Below, piece after piece: positions 1 to 14,013 of a DNA stretch of 64,000 nucleotides (position 1 is its first letter; every line of letters starts with the position of its first letter). Made by a program: the position numbers and the translations under genes. The DNA lies in assembly GCF_038025025.1 (NCBI RefSeq), contig NW_027117342.1, positions 1,984,001 to 2,048,000 on the forward strand. Direction: 5' to 3'. This DNA comes from Phyllosticta citribraziliensis. Lineage: Eukaryota. Under the pieces are notes generated by a model. That model saw only the letters and a program-made list of their open reading frames with translations. It was not told the origin of the DNA and made no database searches.

Positions 1-1285
1 GCAGCAGCAGCAACCGCGGCGCAAAACAGCCAGTGATTGAAGTCCCACCCATCGCGACGAAAAAGGAAAAAAAAGCTGCTGCAGGATGCGCAGGCGTTGT
101 CGTTTGCTGGCCAACCGACTGGCCGGCTCGTCCGTTTTCAATGGCTCAAAGAATGCCACTGTTGGCTGCAAGGTTTTTTGGTTTTATTAGCCGTCCGTCC
201 CGCGTCCACGCCTGCCCGTTCGTACTGTACCTTAACACACCTCCAGTAACTCTTTTTGCCAGAAATCTATCGTGCCCCGCGCGCCCCCCCAAAGGCGGGG
301 CTCCCTCGTACAACTTGCGTCATGCCACATAGGGCAGAGCGCTATCCTCCACCCCAGCGCTCAGGAACTTGCCGCTTTGGGCTAATCGCGCTCGTCTCCT
401 CTCGCTTGCGGCTATCTCGTTGCACCACTCAGCGGCGCGAGATAGCAGAGTGCCGTCAAAGCTACCTTGGTCGGCAAGAGCCAATTGGGCGATGCTACAC
501 TGCCTTGACTCGGCGCCGATTAGATGGTTTGTTCCTGCGTTGGTGGTCGATAGACACGGTGCTGATCTTCAGGGGGATGAGTGCCATGAGTGAGTGGAGT
601 TCTGTTGGTTGGAACAAGCAAGAAAGCAAACCCGTGACTGGAAAATGGTGGATCATTGTGGAAGGATGGATGCTGGTACCGCAAGTTGGGCGCGGAAGTG
701 GAGGGTGCGGGGAAGGTACATATTGACAGATGCCACAGCACGATGCTACCTTGATGGCAAAATAAGGAATTCAGGTTGCTCTTCTACTTTGATGCTGACA
801 AAGCTTCCCCATCTTGATTGATCATGAGAGATAAGGATCAAACCGCCCAAGTAGAAATTGCGAAGAGTTGACCATTTGTGGGGAGATACCGGGCATCAAA
901 AAGCTGAACTCGTGAGCACTTGCTGCACACTCCACGTCAGTAGGAATAAGGGAAAAGGTCTTTTCTACGTACAAAGCCACCATATACCGCTGACTACTTC
1001 CACCACCACCTTCATCCGCCCATCCGCTGAATCATTCGAGCTAACCAACGAAGCTTTCCTCCGCCGAATCCACGAGCAGAAGAAAGCAACTAATAAAACA
1101 TGAATGAACCTGACCTGCATCCCATCATCAGGTGCCGTAAACCACCAGCGCTTTTTTGATGCCATTACGTCAAACCATCAATGAGTGCATGAAGTCGTCC
1201 ACACCCCACGTGAGCTCGAAAAGGAAATAAGAGGCACCACGTCGACAAAGGGGCTGTCGATGTGCCTGATTGTGCTTCGAATTTT

Positions 1286-4200
1286 CTAGGTCCTGCGGGA
1301 AGAGAATGCACCGGGCCTGTACTTTCCGTCGCTGGCGCCAGCAGCAGGACGAGGGGGAGGAGCAGCGTCGGCAGAAGAGTCGCGTTCGCCTTCGCCGCGC
1401 TTGTGAGGCGGCCTCCAAGCGCTACCACCACCGGACGGGCTTTGGCTCTGGCCCGGAGTCGAGTTGCGAGCCGCAGGGGGCTGCCATCTGCCAGCGCCCG
1501 AAGCAGGAGAATCGGTGCGAGCAGGAGCATCCCGAACAGGAAGGTCCCGAGCAGGAGCCTCCCGAGCAGGAGCCTCCCGAGCAGGGCCACGGTCCTCGCG
1601 TTGGGCCCAGGAAGAAGCACCCTCACGACGTCCCGGCGGGACGTAGCCACCACGCTTGGGAGGCTCAGCCTCAGCAGGGGGAGCGTCCGACGCGGCCGGA
1701 GCCTGACCACCGGCAGCGAGCCTTGCGGCCTCGCGCTCGCGCCACGAGGGCTTGCCGCCGGCGAGGTTGAGTCGAGGGGGGCCGCGCTCTTCGGTAGCAG
1801 GTTCGGCACGAGGCTCTGCACGGGGTTCCGCACGAGAGGGGACAAAGGCACCAGACTTCTTCGCCGCCAACTTGGCCTCGATTTCGGCCTCGCGTTGGCG
1901 CTGTTTGGCGGCAGCTTCGTCGAGTTTCCTGCTTCAGTGTTAGTCAAGTTCAGCCGCCAGCGACTTTCAAATACGTACTTGCGCTCTTCCTCTCTCTTGG
2001 CCTTCTCCTCGATCAACTTCTGCCTCCTCTCCTCGTCGGCGCGAGCCTTCTCCTCTGCCTCCCTTTCTTGCTGCTCGCGCTCCTCGCGCTCTCTCCTCTC
2101 CTGTTCCTCTCTCTCGCGGTGCTCGCGAGCGCGACGCTCCTTGACCTCCTTGACGCGAGCCTGCATCTTTTGCTGCAGCTCCTTCTCGGCAGCCTTCTTA
2201 CGACGGTCGAACTCGGCCTTGCGCTGCTGGCGAATGTCGTCGCGGAACTTTTCGTAAACGCCAACGAAGCGGCTCAGGCGGTGCTTCAATTCGACTTCCT
2301 CCTTGTGCTTCTCCTCAGCTTCGCGAAGAGTGGTGGCCTTGGCCTTTTCGTAAGCAGCAAGGTCAGCGTTGCGCTGCCTCTCGTAATCTTCGGACAAGTG
2401 CTTGACTTCCTCACGGCGGTAGGCCCGCTCGAGATGATCAATGCGCTTGGCAGTAACCCTGAGCTTCTCACCGAGCTCGTTCTTCTCCCTCTCGAGAGCA
2501 GCAAGCTTCATGGCACGAATGCGACCAGAGTCGAGCTCGTCAATGTTGACATTGTCCAGGTCGAGATCAACGCCCTTGACGCCGCTCTTGAGCTCATTGA
2601 GCTGCTTCTCGATTTCTTCGCGCTTGATGCGCTCTTGCTCAGCCTTGAGACGGGCAGCCTCACGGGCCTTCTTCTCCTCGGCAAGCCTTTGAGCCTCGGC
2701 GGCAGCGGCCTGCTGCTGGGCGAGCCTACGCCTGGTGGCCTCGTCCTTTTCTTTTTGAGCCAAAACGCTGGCAGCAGTCTGCTTCTTGCGCTCAATGACT
2801 TCACGCCTGGCGAGGGCCTCGCGGTGCTCCTTTTCGGCGCCCTCGACCGCACGGGCCTGGGCGGCAGCCTTGGCCTTTTGGCGCTCCTCGTTGAAGCTGG
2901 GGTCGACGTACTGGCAAGTGATGTACAGCGACTTGGCGAGGCGGGTGAGTTGCGAACGGACAATCTCAGCGGGAGTGCTCTGGAGACGCTGGACGGTGCC
3001 AGTCTCAGACTCGGCGGAGCCCGCGCCAGAGCCGGGGTGGAGAGCCTTGGCAGAAGAAAAGACGTCCGAGTCAAAAGTCAAGACACCAGAAGCGTGATCG
3101 ATGCGGATGGCGAGGTCGCCCTTCTTGCAGCCATTCATGATGAACTTCTCGATGGTGTCGGAGCTGACTTGGAAGGGCTCCGGGAACTGGGCAAGGCCAA
3201 GGACGAACTTGAGATCGACCGACTCGTAGACTTGCGAAAGCTGCTGGAACAGACGGGTAAGAATGACCTGCTGAAGCGGCGCGACGTACTTTTGCATTTC
3301 AGGGTCAGTGCCAATCTGCGTAAGGATGGGAGAAATCTTCTGGCAGATGGAAAGCGGGTGGAAGTCGACCTCGAGAATGTTGTAGAGATCGCGAATCTCG
3401 GGCCTACACTTCCTAAGAAGACCCTTGGACAAGGCATCCTTGAAGAGAATGGCACGGCTGGGCGCCGTCGACATGCCCAAGAGATTGGTGAGGCGAGAGT
3501 TCTTATTCTTCCTGGCCTCGTCAACGTCGACGAGGGCACCACGTGAGCGGTGGGTGCTGATGACAGGAATGGCGAGGGCCGAGAGAAGGACAAAGGACGC
3601 GGCCTTGGTCATTTCGGCCTCGCTCACAACCGGGTTGTCCTTCTTGGAGCTCTGGCCGGAAGCGACGGCGGCAGCAGAGACGCGCATGAGGTTGTAGTAA
3701 CGGCTCCAAGCAGCAGCGTGGAAGAGGTAGTTCTCGCTGACAAGGAAAATCCTGGTAAGCTTCTCAAAGTAGTTGGCCATCATGATGTTCTTCGCGGGGC
3801 GCTTGCTCAGGTTGAGGAGCGTGTGAATGTCCTCGACCGAACGGAAGGCCTCCTGCCACAGCTCAAGCTCGACGGCGACATTGAGCTGCTGGAAACGAGT
3901 GTCCAAGTGGCGCTGAAGGGTGTCGGGGTCGCTGAGGTTGATGGCGTGCATCTGGGACGAGAACTTGGCAGCGTTTTGCAAGTGGTTCCTGAGGAGCTCG
4001 CAAAGCCTCCTGAATTCCGTCTTCCTGCCATATTTGGAGCAGAACTGGAAGGCCTGGTGAGCCGTGGTCTGGTACATGACCTCCAAACGGGCATTGTTCT
4101 TGAAAATGTCGAGGACGGTGCGGTAGGCCTCCCACAGGAACTTGAGCCACGGGGTAACAATGGCGCGGTCAGTACGGTCCTTGGATTGCTCGCCAGAGAC

Positions 4201-4794
4201 GGTCGAAAGCAGGATGGACTCGGGAGTCTCGGTGGCCTCGAGGTCCTCAACGTTTTGGGTCGTCGTGTTTTCGATGGAGGACTGGACTTGATCGGCCTTG
4301 GCCTGGGCCTCGGTGACCTTTTGCTCGGCAAGCTCAATGAACTTCTTGAAGACAAGCTGTTGCCTGGTGTCAGCCGCAACCCCGCCCACCTTTGTTCAAA
4401 GCTGTTGTGTTGCATACCTCGATGGTGCCAATGTTGGTGTTCTGTGCAGTGTTCTTGTACTGGTAGAGGCCATCCTTGGCGGTCTTTCCCTTTCTCAGGT
4501 CCACAGCCAACTCGACAAACTGGATCATCATCGGCTCGAGCGAGGCGATGGGGCTGTTGCGCGTGCGCTTGGATACGACATGTTCGTGGAGGAGAGACAG
4601 CGCAGCCTGCTGCTGTCCAACTCCGATGAGTTCTTGGGCTCGCTGCAGGCCATGACAGGTTAGCAAGATGTGGATCTGGCGGAGAGGTGCGCGCCGGGCG
4701 AAGTCGGTGACGCGAAGCAGGGCAGCGCACAAAGCGCGAAGAAACAACTTGCCTTGAGCACATTTTCCGGCCGGCTGTGAGGTGGCGGCGGCAT
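1286..4794 (-). CDS. TIF32: Eukaryotic translation initiation factor 3 subunit A; exons 4794-4753, 4642-4418, 4356-1979, 1928-1286
   Basis: Spliced N-terminus [24 protein letters not shown]...GLYQYKN; eIF3a motifs [43 protein letters not shown] region, charged coiled coil and R/P/G-rich tail. Introns 4643-4752 (GC-AG), 4357-4417 and 1929-1978 have branch sites and restore the frame. Confidence 0.96.
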
Positions 4795-5493
4795 GATGGG
4801 CAGATTTGGACGATCGAGTCTGCCTCTGGCTGGTGGATGCTACTGGTCGGACAATTGTCGCGGGGAACCAGAGCGCGCAGATGGGTGGTCATAAAGTGAT
4901 GTGGTGAGCGATTGTACGGTACCGACAGGATTTCAGAGGCCGGATCAAGGTTGATCCGGCAGACGCTTGGCATTTTTGGATGCGCCTGTCAATTGCGAGC
5001 CAAACCACCGGATTGGTTTTCCATCTGGGAACGTCTCTTGGATTAAATTGGCTCATGATATTGCACTTGTTCAAAAAATCAACATGGGGGACTGGGCGAC
5101 AAATGGTGTTGAGTGTTTTCTTGGTCCACCTCGATAAATTCGGTTACCAGGTAGTAGTCCAAGGCAACAAGGCATGCACTGCGGATAGCCCAAAGCGGCG
5201 GTTGAAAAAGTCGCAAGGTCTCACAAGGTTCTTTTTTGCATGTACCATGACTGCACTGGCCATTCGCAAACGGCACCAAGACGCAAGCCTCAACCGGGGT
5301 GAAATTTAGACAGCGCGGTGGAAATCTGGGGACTCGGGTCCCTTCTTCTCCACGGCATGGCGTCAATGGCGGGAGGCCAGAACGCGGGCCGGAGGCAGCG
5401 TCATGGCGACAGCTGTTAGTTCAGCGGTACATGTGCCGTTGTGGCTGGGTACTGTAGTTGAGCGAAGTGCGTAGCGTAGTGAGAGAGCGCCCT

Positions 5494-5780
5494 GAGAGAG
5501 AGAGAGAGAGACATGGCGGCGGGGCGCCAAGTTGCCGAGGCGTAGCCGGAGCGGCTAAACCGGAAGCGACCACCCCTAAGATGCCGTGGGGACCTGGACT
5601 CCTGGCTCCTGGCTCCTGGCTCCTGGCGGGCTCCCGCTCAGGCTGGGTGCTCGTCCTCGCTCACTGCTGCTGATGCTGAGGTGCTGCTGCCGCTGCCGCT
5701 GCCGCTGCCGCTCTGCTGCTTGCTTGCTTGCACGGAACCTGCCCTGCCCTGCCCTGCCTGCCTACCAATCCCAATCCCCA
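5494..5780. repeat. Cluster of short simple repeats ((GA)n, (CTCCTGG)x4, (GCCGCT)n, (GCCCT)n, (CCAATC)n) between the divergent eIF3a and G-gamma genes
   Basis: Directly visible repeats. Confidence 0.8.
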
Positions 5781-6188
5781 ATCTCTACTCTCGACCTGAC
5801 TGGACTGGCCCATCTTCACACCCTTCACCCGACCTCCATCGTGCATTCGCGTCTGCCTCGTCGCCGGCCCCCCGCGGCTCCATAGCCCCTCAATCGCTCT
5901 CGCTACTCTCCAGACGACGACTGCACCTTGGCGACGCCGCTCCTTCGCGAAAGCTCTCCTGTGCGCGCGACCTTGCGACAAGTCCGCGACCACGCCGAAC
6001 GAGAGCCCGCCCACCACGCACCTCACCCTCACCCTTGACCTGTGCTGGTACGTCGCACCATGTTGCATCGCGCCCAATCCCCTCGACTAATCGTTGCAGA
6101 CGTCGCCCTCACGTAAACACCCCCTTCCAAACGCCCTCATCGTCGCTGCCGACGTCCGTTTTCCCTCCTCGCCCCTTGCAACCGCACA

Positions 6189-6583
6189 ATGTCGGCCCCG
6201 TACGAAGCCCGCAACGTCGGCGACGGCAAGAGCAAGAAGCAAAGCATGGCCGAGCTGAAGCTGAGGAGGCTGACGGAGCTCAACGCGCGTCTGAAGGAGG
6301 ACCTGAACCGCGCTCGGATACCCGTGTCGGAGGCTGCCATGGAGTGAGTGCTCCATCCCAACTACTGCCCGCCACGACCTGTGACAGCTGACACAATGCC
6401 CGCTCAGCCTCATCAACTTTACGGACAAGGAACCAAAGGACTTCATGGTACCCTCAAGATGGGGAACTGTGAGTGCCTCGACCTCGCCGTCTCTCCTCTC
6501 ACACGCTAACATTGGCTCAGGTCGACAAACGTGACGACCCGTATGCACCACAGCAATCCAACGGCTGCTGCATGGTCATGTAG
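6189..6583 (+). CDS. gpgA: Heterotrimeric G-protein gamma subunit; exons 6189-6343, 6408-6468, 6521-6583
   Basis: Spliced product MSAPYEARNVGDGKSKKQSMAELKLRRLTELNARLKEDLNRARIPVSEAAMDLINFTDKEPKDFMVPSRWGTVDKRDDPYAPQQSNGCCMVM, with GGL-type sequence and C-terminal CCaaX prenylation motif. Two GTGAGT..CAG introns. Not represented in the ORF track. Confidence 0.95.
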
Positions 6584-9500
6584 CCCAAAAGATGCACGAA
6601 ACGCTATCATACCCTCCGATATCCTGTTCTTTTCTCGCGTACGGCGTTCGACAAGAGCTTTTTTCATTCTTCGATTCACTCCACGGCTACCTTTCAAATT
6701 TCTCTTCTCGGTTAATACAGAGCCCTCCTGTCCATGTCGGACCGTAATCAGTCTGTCTGCACTGGCGCTGGGTCTTCTTTTCTCTCTCCCAATTGCCCTC
6801 CCTCTCCGGAAACCTCCCTCCTCTGGCTTCGGAACACAGCTGTATCTGCGCGCGAAAGAAGAACGAGTGTATATTAGGACAGGCAAGTTTAGTGCTTGAA
6901 GCTGCGGGCCATTGAAGCGGTAGTCCGGTCGCATTTGGCGGCTAAGGTGTTGGGCAAGGCGGATGCGCGTTTTGTCGAGAGGTAGCAGTGGTCGGTGGAC
7001 GGGGGCGGCGCTGGTCTTTCTACATGGTGCAGACGCAAAAATGAGCCGACGGAGCAGTATTGCCCTAGCTTCTTCATTGGATGGCGCTTCCTCAGCGTTC
7101 TCGTGTTGATAGTGCAGAAGGACCAATTGCGCAGGCCTTTTTCCCCATCGTTTTTTCTGTCCGTTGTGGTCCAATGTGTTATTTGCATGCCACTACCCTG
7201 TTCCCGTCTGGTGTCACTGTGGATGGTGGTGGAAGAGAGTACGAGCGGCTGCTCCCTCTTGTTGATGTGAGACATGCCAACAAAGCCAGCAATTTAATTC
7301 GATGACGAGATGGATGGATGGCGCGGTCTACCACTCGACCTCTTTTTCCAATCAATCCGTCTTTGTGTCTCAATCCCACCACATCGATTTCAAGTGCTGC
7401 CCTGTCTCTCCCTCCGTCCCCATCGCTGGCGTCTGTCTTGCTCCTCTCCTCTCCTCTGTTTCTTGCACACAAAGAAGAGACGGGCACACGTGATGCACAG
7501 TGACACGACCGAAGGAAGGAAGACAGCCAGCCAGCCGGCCAGCCAGCCAGCCAGAAAGAGGGCGCTGTGCGCAGATGAATGGATGCAAGGAGCCAGGAAC
7601 GGATGGGGTACGGCGGACGGCGGGCGGGCAGGCATGTACGTACGCCTGTCGACTGTATGCACGCAGAAAAGCTGTTTCGGACTACAACGGACAAGCAGGC
7701 GGATAGGCACATTGCTGTGTGATGAATGAGCGACGCCGATGGGCCAATGATGTACCGTGTAGGTACTGGTACTCCTACTCCTACTCCTACAGTAGCATGT
7801 AGGTACAAAGATAGTAGTTGGAGCAGTATTCGGGAGGTGTCGATTGTACTGGCGGCGGGTGTGTAGAGCCGCCCTTGCTCTACCCCATTCAATTGCACAC
7901 ACACAGCGTCGGTGATCAAAGTGCAGTCATGTATGCCTCAGACTCCCAGGTTTATTTGTGCGTGTGGTGTGCACGAAAGGATGGTATGCATGCATGCATG
8001 CTGGCTACATTGCATGCAAGGCGAAGCAAGCGAGCAAGCGAGCGAGTAAGAGACGGGTTTGGTGCGCGTTGTGCGACGGTGAGATGCAGCTGGTGGTGAC
8101 GGGCATGTTGGAATGGCGGATGGCAGATGGAGTGTGCTTTGGTGGATTTGAGGAGTGCTGGTCGGTTGGCGGCTATCAAAAGTCAAGGTGTACTTGTAGA
8201 AGTGGATTGGCTTGTTTGAGAGTCGAGTTTGTAGGGGGGAAGTAATGCCACCGTGGACTAGGTGCCATCCCCTCGATTGACAGCTACAAGTACGTGATGA
8301 TTCCCCGTTGGTCCCAGCCTTCCTCCTGCGTTCAAATCTACTCATCTGAGCAATCGGCACTGACAATTTGTAGATCTCAGGGTCAACAATATCGAAACAT
8401 CCACCGGCACTTTCACTTCGGCGTACAAAGTAGAGGACAGCCAGCAACCAGCGACAGACGGACGGAAGGCGCCCGCCAACGCCGCGATTGGATCGCTTGC
8501 GCCGAGGGGGGGGTGAGCGACGCCATGGCCCCCGGCCGCGCGGTGCGAGGTTATTGCGCGCGCAGATTCGTCGCTTGCTGGCCGGGAGCAGTGGCCTCGG
8601 GCGTGCCTGTCCGCCTGCTCCTCCCCATTCTCCACTCGCCGCCGGCCTCGAGCACCAGGACGGGGAGCTCGTCGGGGTTGTGAAAGTCCGCGGTGGGCGC
8701 TGGCCCCTTGATGCTGGGTGTTGAAACTTGGAAGAAATGAGAGACCCTCTGGCGATGCGAGTGCGCTTAGGGAGCGCTCGTTTGCTGCTACGGCTGTGGT
8801 CAGTTGCGCTTTGGGAGGAGTTGTTCATTGCTGCAACAACATCCAGGGGGTCTCATTTTTTCCACAACCACAGTGGGAGGGTGTTCTATGTAAGCGCAAC
8901 TACAGCAGCGAATGAATTCTCCCTGTGGGAGCAATGGACTTTTGCGGCGTGAATGAGGGAAATGCTTTTGGATGGACGTGCGTGGGTCTGGGATGTTGTG
9001 CAGCTGCCGCTGACGGATGGCGAGGGTCACAAGGCGAGCGAGTGGGTGGGTGAGTGACAGGCGGACTGTTTGCTGGGTGCTGTGGCTGCAGATGGGACCG
9101 GCGTGTCGGCGCTGGGTACAGTCAGCATCCAACTTTTTGCTTTTTGCTTCTCCTCTCATCATGGCTTCCATGCGCAGTTGGAGGAGCAGCGGGGCGAGCC
9201 CAACTACTGAGCAGACGGTGCACAGCCGAAATTGAGACGGGCTTGTTGCTATTGGTAGTAATTTGCCCTCAATCCGCTATCCACAGTTGGGACTCGCCCG
9301 CCAGAACTCGCATGCAGTGTGGAGATGGTTCGGCTCCTCGAACAGCGTCTTGCTCAAGGTGTCCTGGTGATGGTCTCTGTTTGACTCTTGGTGTTGAGTG
9401 TCAAAGGCTGATCCCAGTTTCCTTGGCAGCCACGGACGCGCCGGCCAATCATGGCCACGTTCTTGATGCTTGCCCGTTGTCGATCGGCTCCGGCTTTGGG

Positions 9501-11053
9501 ACATTCTCTCGTATTGTGGTGCCGAGTAGATAAATTGCGGCGGCCACTCTTTCTCTCTGGCGACCTGCTGTTGGACGACGGGCAGATGTTAGGCCTTCGT
9601 CGTCGTGCTGGATCGGAAAAGGCCGATTTCCCCCTCTGCTTCCCGTCATGCATGCTGCGTCAGCGAATGGGCGAGAAGCGGGACCTTCTTGGGGGCATGC
9701 GGTTCAGGGTCTCATGCAAGGCAAACCAACGCGAAGCTGCTGGAATGGAGCTTAAAAACGTGCAGCGCGTCTTCTTCAGGTTTCCAAGGGCCCTCTGAAC
9801 GAACAATTGGTCGGCCCATTTCAGAGATTGCTCGCGTGCCTGAGCGGCGAGATGCGCAGTTTTGCGGCGAGGACTTCGCTGGTGGTGGAGGCGGCGTATG
9901 CACCAGTTGACCAAAAAGGAAGGGAAAGCTTATTTACCCCTGGCCTCGGTTCTACTTTTTGTGACGATGCTGTTCCTGGCAAGACGAAAGCGTCGAGGCC
10001 GCGGAAACAAGAGCTTTGCGAAAGTTTTTGGCCTCTGATAGCGGTGCAGAGAGTTGAGGGTTCAATGAGTCGTTGCAGTGGCTCCAAGAGTCAGGATACC
10101 TGACTCGAAGGCGCGGCCAATGGCAACGGCTCGAAAGACGAGACGAGACCAGAGCTCCACCATTTTGCGGCGGCTCTCGTGGGAAGAGGCTTTTTCAGAA
10201 AAAGGGTCCTAGCCGTCACGGCTTAACCCGGTCCAAGCACAAGTGTGAGACGGCCAAACTTGTCGGCACTTGAGATGGACTCGAGGAGCAGTGCGATGTT
10301 GAGGAGAACAAGGCTCAAAGCTGGAGGTGGCGATTTTTTGTTGCGTCTGGTGCACAAGGTAGGAAGCTGTCCCGGTCAAGGATCCCGACGTGTTGTTGGA
10401 AAGACAGACAGGCATTTCGTAAGAGCAAGTGGATCGAAGTGGCGCTAAAGGTAGATCTCGACGAAGCCCAGCCCTGGCGTACGTAGCAGCAGTTGAATCC
10501 AGGCGGTTGGGAGCTGACAGCTGAGGCGCAATGTAGGAGGCGTGGTCAGGTCATGAGGGATCAGGACCGGAGGCGAGCCTCGTCACGGGCAGCGCCTCTC
10601 TCTACGGTACCACTACCACTACCTCCTTGACCTGAAGGAGAAGCGGACAATTCGTCTTGTGCGCGGCCCGAGTCGCAACCTAGAGCACCCGCATTTGCTT
10701 GACGAAAAAGGCTCCCCACCTCAAGGAACCCTGTCTGGCCGCGGCGAAGCCCTTCCTTATATTCGCTTCGACGTCCGCAGCCAAGGGATTGGCCTTGTCC
10801 GCGCGCGCCTCTGATTTTTGCTCGACCACGGCACCTTACGACACCGCTCCTTCGACAAACCCAACCTCCACCGTCATCCGCTCCAAATTCCGGTCCTTCT
10901 GGCGCAGCATCCATGAGGTCTGCGTAGAGTCGCCCTTCCGTTCACCACCCCGCTCTCCTCTCCTCGCCCACCCGCCGCGTGGGGGTTCGTGCGACCTGTG
11001 CAGCTCGTTACCGCTCGCAAGGCCGCTCTCCAGACTCCACCCACGACCGCACC

Positions 11054-13356
11054 ATGTCTCAACCCGTCCAGCAATCTCACTGGCCGCAGCTCCAACAATC
11101 TGGTCAATCTATCGACGCCATGGCCGCTGTCCCCGAGCACGAATTCGACAACTTGCTCGACTTTGGCGACATCGAGCTCGACTTTCCCATCTACGACAAC
11201 AAGAACGACCACCACCTGTCTTCGCTCAACGAGAGCCTCCAGCACCAACATCTGTCCTCGGCCGCCGTCAGCCCATCACACCAGCGGAATGACTCGTCCC
11301 AGCGACCCTCGGAACAGATCAACTCGACGAGCGGCGACTTTTTCGATTTTTCCTTCCAGTCTACCTATCCCCAGCACAACGATTACTCCATGACGGAGCA
11401 GATGATGCGACAACGCGCCGCGGTCCCCCCAACGCCCAACAGCGTTGAAATGCGCGGCGATGCGGCGCGATATCTGCAGCAACTGGACACCCAGACAAGA
11501 GCCATTGTCGAACAGCGATACCAGCTGAGAAAGGACGACATGGTGTGTTTTCAAGGGACGCGCATGAGCGAGTTCTCGAGCTAACACCGCGCCAGGCAAG
11601 CTTCACCCCTCTGGTTTCCCCCGCAGTGACACCCCACGAGTCAAACTTCCAAATGCAACCCGAGTTCACTGTTCCCGGTGCCTACTTTAGCCCTCTGACT
11701 TCCCCGGCTCTCGAGGCGCAGAATCGCGATGGCCTGCATCGCGCGCACTATTCCCAGCCTCATACGGCAAACACGTCCATGACGACATCCCCCATAAACC
11801 TGGACATGGATATGGTCGGCAATGAAGAATCACAACCGAAGCCTGCGGGGAAGTCGAAATCTCGAAAGAATGGATCTTCAACTCGGGCCTCTGCACAGAC
11901 CACTCGCATACGTCAGTCGCCCATCGTCAAGCCTCAGACCCAGAAACAGCGCGGGAGGCTCTCGTCCGTGGTGTCGTCGAGAGAGGTCCATGAGCTATTG
12001 GAAGAGGCACAAAGGTCCAACAACCAGTCCAGACCAGCCTCTGCGGGCCTGGGTCGCAACTCAAGTCGCGAGGGTTCAGAGAACGCATCGATATCTCCAG
12101 AACCTCTCTCGGAATCCCTCATGGGTCCTCCACCAAAGCCAGGCTCAGTCACTGCTTCGCCGTCAATCCAAGCCAGGGGCAGTCAGAAGCAGCCGCTGAT
12201 TGGGATTGACGGACAAGGTCAGGCTGTGTGCCCCGCAACCCCCGCGTCTCTTATGCGGATGCAGCCTTCGCCCAAGACTCATCCCAACTCTGGCTCCCAG
12301 CACGGCACACCTACCTTTGTTGCGCATGGGGGCTCGCAACCGCTCAACGATGATTTTGCCTTGCCCGAGCCAGCGGCTCCCACCGAGTCCACTCTGCAGC
12401 CCCTTAGGCCAACAATATCAAGATCAGATACGGCTGTTTACGATGATGACTCGACACCCAGAATGGGACCCGCCCGCAAGACTCCGAAGCTGGGTCCGCT
12501 TAGTACTCCCTCCGGACCTCTGCCTTCATCGCTCAGGAGTCCTTCCGTCAGTTCCACGGCTTCTCCTTTGTCCGCCACTGGCAAGAAGTTTGACCTCAAA
12601 CCTGCGCCAAGTCGCTCAAACAAGAAGAGGGGAAGCATAAGCTCTGCTCGAGTTAGTCCTGCACTGCGACCAAAAATAAGCCCAAGCATCAAGCCCCTCT
12701 TGCCTGAAGGTAGTGAGTAGCCAAGCCATCGCATTTGTTTTGAGCTTCCAGTATTGACTTTTGTAGCAGCAAACATGTCAGATGAAACGCACGCGCTGCT
12801 GTTGGCATCAAAATCAAATTATCAAAATATCCTCGAAGGAACCCACGTCCCTGGAGTTTCATATCCAGAAGATCTTTCCACAAACCTAACCTCGAAGCGT
12901 ACATCTCACAAGCTCGCTGAACAGGGCCGTCGCAACCGTATCAACCTAGCTCTGCAAGAGCTCCAGTCTCTCATCCCAAGCCCAGGTATTCAACCCAAGG
13001 ATGCCGCCAAAGTCAGCGCAACAACCGCCTCAGTCAGTCCAGAAGCCGAAACTCCACAGAAGAAGGAGGAGCGCCAAAGCAACAGTAAAGCCAGCACCGT
13101 GGAAAATGCCATCGACTACATCAAACTTTTGAAAAGAAGAGATATAGAGAGGCATCAGCACATGTTGCAGCAGCAAAAGGAAATTGACCAGCTCCGAAGA
13201 AAATTGGCTGCTGGTTCATTGAATTCCAAGACTCCCAACAGCGACCAGATGAAAGAAGATGCCCCAGAAACGCGTGCAGGTGGTTGTCAGAACGGTGATA
13301 TCATGGACACGGACAAGGCAAGCGCAGAAAGGTCTACCGGGGACATGGTAGAGTGA
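11054..13356 (+). CDS. nuc-1: Phosphate-acquisition bHLH transcription factor (Pho4/NUC-1/PalcA type); exons approx. 11054-11542, 11596-12712, 12767-13356
   Basis: Motifs VPPTPNSVEM, FTPLVSPAVTP, PGAYFSPLTSPAL, SPALRPKISPSIKPLLP, LLASKSNYQNILEG; bHLH SKRTSHKLAEQGRRNRINLALQEL...SKASTVENAIDYIKLL. The second intron boundaries could shift by 3 nt. Confidence 0.9.
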
Positions 13357-14013
13357 GAAATTTGTCTGCTTTCTTGCTGCCGACCTGGATTGCTGGGCTC
13401 GGAATTCCCGGCTCTGTTCCCGTCCTCTTTCAAACTGAGGCAAGCTTTCAGGAGGCAAGCCCAAAGATACGTGGCGTCGATTTGGCTGAACTTTCTTGAC
13501 ACAGCGCATTCTCAGACAAGACATTCTTGGTACATACTATTGATTTTCAACGTAATGGGAGGCAGGCTACGGTGGGTTCGGCGCAGTTCCACACACCGTG
13601 GAATGCTCTGATCGTTTACATTTACTTTTTCGAAGCCAGATACCCGCTCGTCTCGGAGTGCCGAGCTATGGGTGTTGCTGGTCGCTAGGGTACCTTAGTC
13701 GTGAGCATTTTGAGCAAAATCAAGATATGAACTTCACTCCTCTCATGAAGTCGTTCAGCTCACGTTTGCATTGCATTGATCTTCATTTGTCGAGCCATAA
13801 CTCAGCTTATCAAAGGCTGTTGAGAACTGAATTTGCTCCAGCCGTATCCTCACTAAACGATCCCGTGTAGAAGCCTAGGCAGCGGAAATTGACCACTCGG
13901 TGAAATGCCGGCAAATCCCTCATCGATGACGCTGACGTCGTGCGCCAAACTAATGGACACCCCAGGAGAACAACCAACGTCTTGATCCACGACCATGGCA
14001 TGTCCACTGAGCC

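Noticed and set aside
1510..1583. 15-bp repeats
   Set aside because: Encode the PAREA-type low-complexity tail of eIF3a
1262..4629. Long plus-strand ORFs (331, 492 and 359 aa)
   Set aside because: Antisense shadows of the GC3-rich eIF3a coding sequence; no independent motifs
7487..7492. CACGTG E-box as a Pho4 autoregulatory site
   Set aside because: A single hexamer about 3.5 kb upstream; such matches are expected by chance and occur elsewhere in the window
6600..10900. Many 60-300 aa ORFs
   Set aside because: Low-complexity, simple-repeat-rich, with no motifs or coherent splice models; treated as UTR or intergenic
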